Shown: positions 28,267 to 36,559 of the stretch, piece by piece
Layout of the letters: each line of letters opens with the position of its first letter
Numbering within the stretch: the first letter of the stretch is position 1
Origin: Methanobacteriota archaeon
GTDB taxonomy: Archaea > Thermoplasmatota > Poseidoniia > Poseidoniales > Poseidoniaceae
Length of the DNA stretch: 63,535 nt
Reading direction: 5' to 3'
NCBI GenBank assembly: GCA_002710015.1
Contig: PAOW01000029.1
Span: 39,009-102,543, forward strand
Translations under genes and position numbers: made by a program
The notes under the pieces: generated by a model
Told to the model about the DNA's origin: nothing
Database searches by the model: none
Seen by the model: the letters and a program-made list of their open reading frames with translations, nothing else

Positions 28267-28298
28267 GCTCTAAACACTCCAAGAGTGATAATTAGAGC
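28267..28298 (-). promoter_or_regulatory. intercistronic stem-loop between the second archaellin gene and the accessory genes
   Basis: Outer stem GCTCTAA/TTAGAGC (28267-73 with 28292-98) and inner stem CACTC/GAGTG (28275-79 with 28283-87, 3-nt loop), read directly from the sequence. It lies in the 67-nt spacer after the archaellin stop at 28309. Confidence 0.4.
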
Positions 28299-28308
28299 CC
28301 AGCCCGAA

Positions 28309-28896
28309 TCAGATAACTAGGGTTCCTCTGGTTGTGTCAGATAGGTAAAGTGTCTCGTAAGTAGAGCCTCCACCTTCAACGTGTATCCAGAGAGTTACTT
28401 CGCCATTTACTCCAACGCTCAAAGCATCGCATGATGCTGTTGCTGCTGTGTCAGCATCCATAACGAAGGAATAGCTTACACCTGGCAATAAGTTTGTAAC
28501 TGGTCCGTCACCATTACCATCTGCTACGTCATCAACATCATCTGCATTTGTGAAATCACCTGAGACATATTCGTAGTCTCCGTTGGTATCTTCACATGTC
28601 AGCTGGAATTGAACATTCGCTGCTGTTATAACTTCGGAACCTGGTGCGGTCTCAAAGTAAAGTAGGTATGAGTCATCAGGATTGAATACAAATACCGAAT
28701 TAACTGATATCTTACCAGATATTTCTTGTTGTGTATCGCTACCAGATTGTTGTGCGTTTTGTTGCAGTTTCTCACCGGTTTGGATAATTACAGCAGATGC
28801 AACCGCTGCAACCAAAATTAGCGCTATGAATACAATCATTGCACCAATACCAATCGATCCTAGTTCGTTATTTTTAATTTGATTATTTCTCTTCAT
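28309..28896 (-). CDS. arlB: archaellin (ArlB/FlaB), copy 2
   Basis: Class III signal and N-terminal helix ..ELGSIGIGAMIVFIALILVAAVASAVIIQTGEKL.., 195 aa. GGTGAT Shine-Dalgarno sequence in the 9-nt spacer. Confidence 0.88.
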   Translation of the reverse strand: MKRNNQIKNNELGSIGIGAMIVFIALILVAAVASAVIIQTGEKLQQNAQQSGSDTQQEISGKISVNSVFVFNPDDSYLLYFETAPGSEVITAANVQFQLTCEDTNGDYEYVSGDFTNADDVDDVADGNGDGPVTNLLPGVSYSFVMDADTAATASCDALSVGVNGEVTLWIHVEGGGSTYETLYLSDTTRGTLVI

Positions 28897-28905
28897 GATA
28901 TCACC

Positions 28906-29478
28906 TCAAACAACTGTGTCTCCCCTATCAGTTCCCACATAACTTAGCGTCTCATAGGTAGTTCCTCCACCATCAGCGCTAACAATCATGGAATGTTCTT
29001 CATTCAAAACTGGAGGACATCCAGCTCCAGCAGCTCCAACATTCAGTTCTACCATGTAGGTTTCACCAGGATTGAACTGAGCTACAACTGTTGCACCATC
29101 TAATTCAGTAGCCGCAGAAAGATCACCATCTGCAACTGCTGGAGTTCCTGCGCCATCATCACAGATAACTGCCCAATGTACAGCGTCAGCTGCAAGTGGC
29201 TCGGAACCGGGTGCCAATTCAAACACCATGTTTATTTCTTCATTTCCAGCAGTTGGAGTATCTCCTACCCAGACAGTGATTATCGAAATCTTACCCGATA
29301 TCTCTTGCTGTGTGTCGCTACCCGACTGCTGTGCGTTCTGCTGCAGTTTTTCACCCGTCTGGATGATAACTGCGCTCGCAACTGCGGCAACCAAAATGAG
29401 CGCAATGAATACAATCATTGCACCAATTCCGATTGAACCCCAATCGTTTTCTTCTTCATTCATTCTTTTTTTCTGCAT
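28906..29478 (-). CDS. arlB: archaellin (ArlB/FlaB), copy 1
   Basis: ..DWGSIGIGAMIVFIALILVAAVASAVIIQTGEKL.., 190 aa. GAGGTGA lies 7 nt before ATG 29478. Confidence 0.88.
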   Translation of the reverse strand: MQKKRMNEEENDWGSIGIGAMIVFIALILVAAVASAVIIQTGEKLQQNAQQSGSDTQQEISGKISIITVWVGDTPTAGNEEINMVFELAPGSEPLAADAVHWAVICDDGAGTPAVADGDLSAATELDGATVVAQFNPGETYMVELNVGAAGAGCPPVLNEEHSMIVSADGGGTTYETLSYVGTDRGDTVV

Positions 29479-29544
29479 TGGTTTTCACCTCTTTTTTTCT
29501 CTACAATCCTCTCAAACGGCAAACCGCCGCAGAGTGGAATATCA

Positions 29545-30510
29545 TCAGGCGCCGAATTCACCTCCGTCGCCCATATCAATCGATAGCGGCATCACTATCG
29601 TTCCTGTTTCATCAGGGGATAATTTCTCCACAAGTGGGAGAACATCTGCCTTGTAACCCGGAGGCATCCAAGGTTCAAGTAGTAGGTCACGAATTGTTTC
29701 CATACTCCTATTTTGAACGCGAATTGTAACATTGACCTGCCCTGCTGATATCTCATAACCAGTTTGTATGGCAAGTTTTCTAGATAGAGGAATCTCATCA
29801 ATTGCGAAACGTAGACCTGGCTTAACTTCGAACCGCACTAGAATGACATCCCCTGGACGAATTATTGGTAGGTCAATTGATTCGGGAATACATTGCCATT
29901 CTTTTGGGACTGGTGGTGCTAATCTCATCTCAGGAATTGGGCGATTGCCGTCATTGCAAAGACGGACTATCAAAACGCCATTATCTCCGCCAGCTGGCCA
30001 TCTGGTGTCGACGCCCAGCCAGAATTTCCTAAACAGGAACGGGTTTAGGGCCACAGCTGAGTCTACTACTAAATCGCCAATTAACTGCTCAACCTCGTCA
30101 GCAGCATATCCTACCTCTCCAATTTCTGCTGCACCTGTTGCATTTCTGAGTCTTCTAAGAATTGTTTCGATTTCCGCCTCTGTCAGGGTTTTTTCCTTCA
30201 AAAGACGATTAAGCATAGCAATGTTTCTTCTCAATTCTACAACATCTGCCTCCACTGATGCCAGTGTCTTTTCTGCACGTCTGACTGACTTTCTGGCTCG
30301 GGCCAGTTTATGTTGTTCTAGACTGGTTCTTGCATCGTTGATATCATATTCAGTTGCAGCCAAAGAAGACTCATCACCAGATACACCATACACTATATGC
30401 TCCAGCTCTTTACTAGCTCTGATTAATCTGTCAGCACTTGTTTGTGAATCACGAATTACTCTTCGAGCGTCTTCTAGATCGTTAGCACCAACCTCATATT
30501 CTTCAGCCAT
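29545..30510 (-). CDS. hypothetical coiled-coil protein with two CARDB-like beta-sandwich domains and no signal peptide
   Basis: 321 aa. Residues 1 to ~150 are heptad-like and E/R/L-rich. The C-terminal half contains VRLCNDGNRPI and IRVQNRSMETI beta-sandwich-type motifs. ATG overlaps the stop of the upstream giant gene (ATGGCTGA). Confidence 0.65.
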   Translation of the reverse strand: MAEEYEVGANDLEDARRVIRDSQTSADRLIRASKELEHIVYGVSGDESSLAATEYDINDARTSLEQHKLARARKSVRRAEKTLASVEADVVELRRNIAMLNRLLKEKTLTEAEIETILRRLRNATGAAEIGEVGYAADEVEQLIGDLVVDSAVALNPFLFRKFWLGVDTRWPAGGDNGVLIVRLCNDGNRPIPEMRLAPPVPKEWQCIPESIDLPIIRPGDVILVRFEVKPGLRFAIDEIPLSRKLAIQTGYEISAGQVNVTIRVQNRSMETIRDLLLEPWMPPGYKADVLPLVEKLSPDETGTIVMPLSIDMGDGGEFGA

Positions 30511-33500
30511 CTTCTTTCACCTCCCCGTCTTCATCATCTTCGAACAAATCATCTAACTCTATTTCTAATGAGGGCGATTCAACAATTTCATCTTCTGTGA
30601 TTGACTCATCAGTATCCTCATCCTGTGTTAGCAAACTAATGTCCTCATCCCAGTTAGCAACTTCAGCAGTAGAAGATTCGCCATCAGCAGCAACGTTTGG
30701 CTTTGGAGTTGAGATTATTGAAGAAATATCAAGACCATCACTTGCTAATTCTGTTAGAAGACGTGCAGGATCTCCGAGGTCTCTCTCTATTCGGCTAGCC
30801 TGCACTTCAACTTCAGTCAAGCGACCATATAGCGAGCCATACATCCTGTTCGCATTCCAAATCAAGAATACAACACCAACTATCACAACGGCCAAATACC
30901 CGACAAGAGACATAGCGTTCGCTGAATTTCCAGCCATCTGCGGAGGGAAACCAAGGATAACACCAATCATGCCAAGAATTGGCATTGACAGTATTATTGC
31001 CAGCTGCCTCTTTGCGTTTGACAGCACATCAAAGTGATCGCTGTAGAGAGTACTAATTCCCTTTCTTGCTCTCTGGTAGTCCTCATGAATCAACTGGAAT
31101 TCATCTGTTGATTTCCAAGTCATTATCCAAACCCAAACTGCCGCTATGAGAAGGACAACTATTCCTGCGTAGTTGTTGTTAGTCAACTGCATTAGATGGA
31201 ATGCAAAACCTAGTGCCAAAACACCAGAATATACTGCTGCAAGTCGGAATTTATCATTTTGACCCACTAGTCTGATTAAACCAATTGACGTGATGAGTAG
31301 AGCCAAAAATGCAACGAATGACACTCCTATTCCCGGAGACCATGATTCTACTTTTTCGTCTATCTTTTTAGATGTGGAGTTCAGTTCGTCTCCGTTAATG
31401 TATTCTCCACTTACCTTTAGTTCGCATGACACTTCTCGTGATTGTGACCACCAATCTAGGTTTTCATTTTCAACATTCCAAGTGTAAGATTTGCTACTTC
31501 GGGGAGCAATGAACAGTTCTTGTTGTGAAGCATCTTCAATATCAATGCCATCACAAATCAACTCACTTTTAACATCGAATGCAATTGCTGTTCCAACGTT
31601 TGATACAGTTGCAGATATTGTTTGAGATTTGCCTTCGATAAGAGAGTTGTCTTCAAATCCAAAGTTTTCGATTTCCAATTTGGGGTCTGTGTCAAAGTAG
31701 AATGAAAAGGTAGCATTTGAGAATTCTGTAAACCCATTATGCTCATCAGGATGATATAACCTAAATGTCAAGTCATAACCATCATTCGTGACTATATTTG
31801 GGGAGCGGGGTTCATCTATGACAATCTCTAATTCGTTTGTTGCCCAAGCCTCAACCTCTGGAAGAGAGATTACAGAGTGAGATACTCCACCGCAATTATT
31901 ATCCAAATTTAAAACCTCATCTGTGCCATTAATTCGAATAGCAAAGTCCCAATCATAATCTTCATCTGTATCGTAATTAGTTGAATTAATGCGTCTTTCT
32001 GCCCCACACAACTCTATCATGTAAGATACTGAATTTCCTATGCCTTGCGGAGTGTGTGACCACTCGATGAATTCAATTTGTTTATCATCGTCTAGGCTTT
32101 GAACCTCCAATTTGTATTCCTTGTGACTGTATAGCCTAGACATTTTGAGAACGGTTTTTGCAGTCGCAGTTCCTTCAACAGTTGGGTCTTTCGGATCCAT
32201 TGTTAGTATAAAATCAGCTAATAGGTGAATATCAGGATTAAAATCATCTAATTCAATCTTGAATTCTAACGTTGTCGGCACTTGAACTGGCAAAGAGATG
32301 TTGTTATCATATCCAGAAACAAGGTCCCAAGCCAATGAATTCGTTTGCAAACCTGGTTTGAAAATGTCATAAGTTAAATCCACAACCACATCCTTATTTC
32401 CTACATTGGTGATTTCTACTTTCCATGTTCTATCTTGTCCTCTGTAATACTCCATCTCATCTGGCCAGTTTTTGAATTCTACTTTGAATACAGGAGATAT
32501 TTGTAAAGTGAAGGTTCTAGCAACTAAGAAATCCCCATTGTTTGTGCTGTAGAGGGAGATAGTTACGTTGTGGGTATCTCCATCAGCCAGCCTATACTCT
32601 CCACCTAAGGACGGTATTGAAATCGTCAGGTCATTTCCTTGTGAGCCATTGATTGGCAAAACCATTTGATACATCTCCCAACTTGTGTCCCAACCACCCT
32701 CTACAACCGCTGTAACATTGAGGAATTCGATGAGATTGCCATTATTGGTAAACTCTACCTCTATTGTTTCGTTTTGACCAGGAGTAACTTCGTGAAGATT
32801 ATCCACATCGATTTGTAAATCTGTGTCAGCAGAAATATTAGCTACAATTGAAGCGGATTTATTGATTCCGTTAGCCGATTCCACATACAAAGTAGCCATG
32901 TGTAACTCATCAGCACTAGCTTCTGTATCTGGATTTAGACGAATTCTAACAGAGTCACTGTATCCTGGCGCTACAATTACGTTTGTTGGAGATTCTAGTG
33001 AAAAGTCGACATCTCCCCTGTTCGAATCGTCTAACCAAACTGAGAATGTTGTTGCAACATTCCCGGTATTATTGATGTAGACTCTAGTTAACGGAGATTC
33101 GTAAGGCGATAGATCAATAGTGTGATTTGTGGGATATAGCTCGAAGTTTATTGATTCCTCTACCCTAATTAACAATGTGTTCATCGAGAGAACTTCTCCC
33201 GTATCCCTGTCCTCGACTCTTATGTTGATTGGTTGAAGAGTGTCCGCAGGAGCTTGGGGGTCGGTAGTAACACTCAGCGTGATGTTTGAGATGTGATTAC
33301 TTCCAGGAAAGGGATGATCTGACATTGAGGGAGTGAGATTTGAAATGATTGAAGGATTGTTAGTAGTAGATGTATCTAATGTAGCAGTCCAAAGATCAGG
33401 CAAATCATCTTCTATAACCAGTCTGTAACTAGTTATGTCATTACCCGTATTTGCAAACTTAATTGGGATATCGGTTAGATTACCAACATCGGCCTCCAAT

Positions 33501-35476
33501 GGACCCAGTGTGATAATCTCACCATCTTTTATGCTAGGAATGATTATGCTGACGTTTCTTGTAACACTACTAGCAAGAACTCCACTTGATTGCTGGCCTG
33601 CTGTCAGTTGTGGAGTTGCTGTCACAGGAAGTATCAGTTCTCCTGCTAGTGGCATCTCATCTCCCGGGCCATCGATAGCTAGCCAAGATTGGAATATCTC
33701 ACCGACCTCTAATCCTGATACGCTGTTTGGTGTTACTATCGAAGTCCATCTAACTGCCTCGTTATTACTACCTGGGCTTAGTGGAGTGAAACTGGGAGAA
33801 GAGACGGAGATGTTTGCATCTACACCACCTGTAACTGCACCTCCCAGATTGTGCCTGACTTGAACAGATAAGGATAAAATTTCATCGATTCCACCTGAAC
33901 CATTAGCCTCAATTATCTCTTGAGGTGTTAATATTATCTGGTCCGTCTCTGGACTTGGATCTACTGCTATTACTGCTCTGACTACCAATTGTGTAGAGTT
34001 AAGCGCTGGTATACCACCTTCTACTGGGGTTGCGGAAACCCAGCTGTAAATGCTATCTCCTGCTGCATTTCTCTCACCCGTGTCAAGTGGAGACGATATT
34101 GGTGCAGGCGTAACTTGAACGAATACAGTAATGTTTGAGCCGACCGATATGACATCTGTAACGGGTGTTGTTAATATGACATCCCAATTATCTGCCGAAG
34201 AAGATAACCCTGCATCTAAATTAAACGCTGCGGGAACATTTCCCGTGTTTACGATAGTAAATTCTAGGGATTCAGTTTGAGCAGGCGTAACGGTCACTGG
34301 ACCAACTGGGGCAATGACAGTAGCTTGATACTGGTCTCCAACCATAACGTGTGCTACACTGCGAGCGGTGTATGGAGTAGAGGACCCGCTTGTCAAGTTG
34401 AGGTATATATTCTCAAGAGTAGGTTTTACCGCAGAAGCGGGTACTGTAACCAACACTGCGATTGATGTGGATGCACCAGCTTGAAGATTTATGACCGAAC
34501 CATCCTGACTATTGTCATGCCATCCCAAATCTGACCCTAACTGAACTGTTAGATTATCTTCGCTACCAAGGTTGGATATTATCCAAGTCAAAGTCGTTGT
34601 TGCTCCAGGCTCAATCGCCCTGTCTCCTGGAGTGGATACATCAATGATATAGTCGGAAAATGTGATTGTTTCAACCGAACTAATCACAGTATTAGTCCAC
34701 ACTGTCCCATTGAAAATGACTCTAGCCACCATCGTCCATGTGCCCAACAATGGATTTGCATCAAATGATGCAGATAAGGTTCCACCAGCCGAGGGATAGA
34801 GAAGACTACCCGGGTCTAGTATTAGCGTGTTCGACCAAAATGAGACCTTATTACTTGGATTCGATTGTTCCGTGAAATTCAATTCCATTACCGCTGATAA
34901 GTCCATTACACCATCATTTCTAACAGTCGCATCAAATGTGTGAATTGAATGGTTGAGGCGAACATCTGGAAATCCTCCGGTTGGGCCAGGAATATTATCG
35001 CCTAAGACTGTACCAAGGTGGAACAATGTTACGTCAAAGGAAATTGAGTTCTCGTTATTGTTAGTGTTGGTATCTGCTGATGAAGCTACTCTGGCGAAGA
35101 GTGTTTGGTCATCTCCTGAAAGTGCAGTCCAGTTGATTAGTATTGGATTGGAGGAAGTTGCTGCTGGAATATTTCCTAAACTGATTGAGGTTACTACCGA
35201 CTCAGCGGAAGAAGGAGATGCACGATGGACTAAGTTTAGAGTCGCATCTCCATCTCCTTGTCCTGAGTTTGTAACTACAATTCTTACTATATGGTCTCCA
35301 GGAGCAAGCTTTGTTTCACCGGAGTATTCGACAGAACCACCTGATGACAGTGTCATTACAGATACTGAAAAATCGGGTGTTGATCGTCCGCTAGTTGCAT
35401 CAACAGTTAGTGCAGGCATTGCTATCTGCAAAAGAAAAACTGCAAGGATAACAGTTGCAATGTTGCGACTAGACAT
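30503..35476 (-). CDS. giant (1657 aa) envelope protein: signal peptide, many CARDB/NEW3-like domains, five C-terminal TM helices, acidic cytoplasmic tail
   Basis: Signal peptide MSSRNIATVILAVFLLQIAMPALTVDA. At least nine h-x-h-x-N-x-G-N/T strand motifs are present (VVTNSGQG, VRNDGVM, IISNLGSE, IVNTGNV, FANTGND, INNTGNV, FTNNGNL, ITNVGNK, VSNVGTA). The last 281 aa hold 5 hydrophobic helices and then a D/E-rich tail. Confidence 0.85.
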   Translation of the reverse strand: MSSRNIATVILAVFLLQIAMPALTVDATSGRSTPDFSVSVMTLSSGGSVEYSGETKLAPGDHIVRIVVTNSGQGDGDATLNLVHRASPSSAESVVTSISLGNIPAATSSNPILINWTALSGDDQTLFARVASSADTNTNNNENSISFDVTLFHLGTVLGDNIPGPTGGFPDVRLNHSIHTFDATVRNDGVMDLSAVMELNFTEQSNPSNKVSFWSNTLILDPGSLLYPSAGGTLSASFDANPLLGTWTMVARVIFNGTVWTNTVISSVETITFSDYIIDVSTPGDRAIEPGATTTLTWIISNLGSEDNLTVQLGSDLGWHDNSQDGSVINLQAGASTSIAVLVTVPASAVKPTLENIYLNLTSGSSTPYTARSVAHVMVGDQYQATVIAPVGPVTVTPAQTESLEFTIVNTGNVPAAFNLDAGLSSSADNWDVILTTPVTDVISVGSNITVFVQVTPAPISSPLDTGERNAAGDSIYSWVSATPVEGGIPALNSTQLVVRAVIAVDPSPETDQIILTPQEIIEANGSGGIDEILSLSVQVRHNLGGAVTGGVDANISVSSPSFTPLSPGSNNEAVRWTSIVTPNSVSGLEVGEIFQSWLAIDGPGDEMPLAGELILPVTATPQLTAGQQSSGVLASSVTRNVSIIIPSIKDGEIITLGPLEADVGNLTDIPIKFANTGNDITSYRLVIEDDLPDLWTATLDTSTTNNPSIISNLTPSMSDHPFPGSNHISNITLSVTTDPQAPADTLQPINIRVEDRDTGEVLSMNTLLIRVEESINFELYPTNHTIDLSPYESPLTRVYINNTGNVATTFSVWLDDSNRGDVDFSLESPTNVIVAPGYSDSVRIRLNPDTEASADELHMATLYVESANGINKSASIVANISADTDLQIDVDNLHEVTPGQNETIEVEFTNNGNLIEFLNVTAVVEGGWDTSWEMYQMVLPINGSQGNDLTISIPSLGGEYRLADGDTHNVTISLYSTNNGDFLVARTFTLQISPVFKVEFKNWPDEMEYYRGQDRTWKVEITNVGNKDVVVDLTYDIFKPGLQTNSLAWDLVSGYDNNISLPVQVPTTLEFKIELDDFNPDIHLLADFILTMDPKDPTVEGTATAKTVLKMSRLYSHKEYKLEVQSLDDDKQIEFIEWSHTPQGIGNSVSYMIELCGAERRINSTNYDTDEDYDWDFAIRINGTDEVLNLDNNCGGVSHSVISLPEVEAWATNELEIVIDEPRSPNIVTNDGYDLTFRLYHPDEHNGFTEFSNATFSFYFDTDPKLEIENFGFEDNSLIEGKSQTISATVSNVGTAIAFDVKSELICDGIDIEDASQQELFIAPRSSKSYTWNVENENLDWWSQSREVSCELKVSGEYINGDELNSTSKKIDEKVESWSPGIGVSFVAFLALLITSIGLIRLVGQNDKFRLAAVYSGVLALGFAFHLMQLTNNNYAGIVVLLIAAVWVWIMTWKSTDEFQLIHEDYQRARKGISTLYSDHFDVLSNAKRQLAIILSMPILGMIGVILGFPPQMAGNSANAMSLVGYLAVVIVGVVFLIWNANRMYGSLYGRLTEVEVQASRIERDLGDPARLLTELASDGLDISSIISTPKPNVAADGESSTAEVANWDEDISLLTQDEDTDESITEDEIVESPSLEIELDDLFEDDEDGEVKEDG

Positions 35477-35894
35477 CCGCCATTCCCCTCCTGAATGCGT
35501 GGATTTGTACAGATTTACCTTGCCTAGTCCATGCTGCTAGGAGTTGTTCCATCAACCTGTTGTGTACATGATCGTCTATTCCCAGCCTCCTTCTCTCCTC
35601 CCAAAGCAGAAGTTGCTCCGCCTGTGTTAGAACGCCGTCTTTGAGATACAATTCAAGTGTTCTGCGATAGGAATCTCGGTCCGATACAGCGTAAACAATC
35701 TCGTCACCGGGAAGCATGTCTGCTCTATCTTGCAATATATTTCCAAGGTTCAGTGCTTCCTCGTAAGATAAGATTCTTCTATCGAGGTCGCTTTGTATGT
35801 TTGAAGCAATTTCCTGCAAGGAATATTTTGTGGAAGCCTTGTGTATGTGCCGCATGAACTTACGGCATCTGCGAGACATGCGGCTGGCTGCCAT
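35469..35894 (-). CDS. small soluble hypothetical protein (start uncertain)
   Basis: Track ORF 35469..35966 starts with TTG; the first ATG is at 35894. Helical, R/E/L-rich (..GVLTQAEQLLLWEERRRLGIDDHVHNRLMEQLL..). Its stop overlaps the ATG of the giant gene (ATGTCTAG). Confidence 0.5.
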   Translation of the reverse strand: MAASRMSRRCRKFMRHIHKASTKYSLQEIASNIQSDLDRRILSYEEALNLGNILQDRADMLPGDEIVYAVSDRDSYRRTLELYLKDGVLTQAEQLLLWEERRRLGIDDHVHNRLMEQLLAAWTRQGKSVQIHAFRRGMADV

Positions 35895-36060
35895 AGAAAA
35901 TCTATGAACCGGGCGGATTATAATACAATCGCCCGATATGTCAATTTTAATGCGCTGTGCAAGCAAATAGATGCAAAACGCATAAACACAGTGTAGTGAG
36001 CCTTTTTTACCGAATTACCTCAAAACAAACCTTGATTTGGGAGGCCGAATAGGAGCTGCC

Positions 36061-36546
36061 ATGACAGATACTGTAACTTTAGCAGCTGGTGACAAATCAC
36101 CATCGTTCGACGCACTCGATTCAAAAGGAAACAAACACAATCTCAGTGAAATTCTTTCATCTGGAAGCAAGGTAATTCTCTATTTTTACCCGAGAGATTC
36201 CACACCCGGGTGCACCACGCAGGCTTGCGACTTCAGCGAAAACCTTAGCAAGCTCGAAGGGTATGGATACAAGGTATTCGGTGTATCGAAAGATTCAGCT
36301 AAGAGTCATGAGAAATTCATCGATAAACAGAGCCTTGGCTTCCCTCTATTAATGGATGAGGACGGTTCCCTACATGCCACGTTCGGAGCATGGAGGAAGA
36401 AGATGAATTACGGTAGGGAATACATGGGTTGTGCAAGATCTACCTTCGTCATAGGAGAAGATGGTAATCTGATATTTGCGAGATACAACGTTAAGGCCAA
36501 AGGCCACGTATCCATGCTTACACGAGAGTTGGGCCTGGATGAATAG
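36061..36546 (+). CDS. bcp: peroxiredoxin Bcp (thiol peroxidase)
   Basis: YFYPRDSTPGCTTQACDF (PxxxTxxC with a resolving Cys 5 residues on). ATG 36061 is preceded by GGAGG. Confidence 0.9.
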   Translation: MTDTVTLAAGDKSPSFDALDSKGNKHNLSEILSSGSKVILYFYPRDSTPGCTTQACDFSENLSKLEGYGYKVFGVSKDSAKSHEKFIDKQSLGFPLLMDEDGSLHATFGAWRKKMNYGREYMGCARSTFVIGEDGNLIFARYNVKAKGHVSMLTRELGLDE

Positions 36547-36559
36547 TGATGGAAACCAA

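Noticed and set aside
29768-30556. 262-aa plus-strand ORF antisense to the 321-aa coiled-coil gene
   Set aside because: The translation is S/R/L/A/P-rich low-complexity sequence, typical of the shadow frame of a real gene. The minus-strand ORF has coherent coiled-coil and beta-domain sequence and is translationally coupled to its neighbour.
30597-35540. Several 60-195-aa plus-strand ORFs (30597..31037, 32823..33080, 33435..33863, 34953..35540) inside the 1657-aa giant gene
   Set aside because: All lie fully within, and antisense to, a long ORF with clear domain structure. Their compositions are Ser/Pro/Leu-biased and no ribosome-binding sites are evident. They are shadow ORFs.
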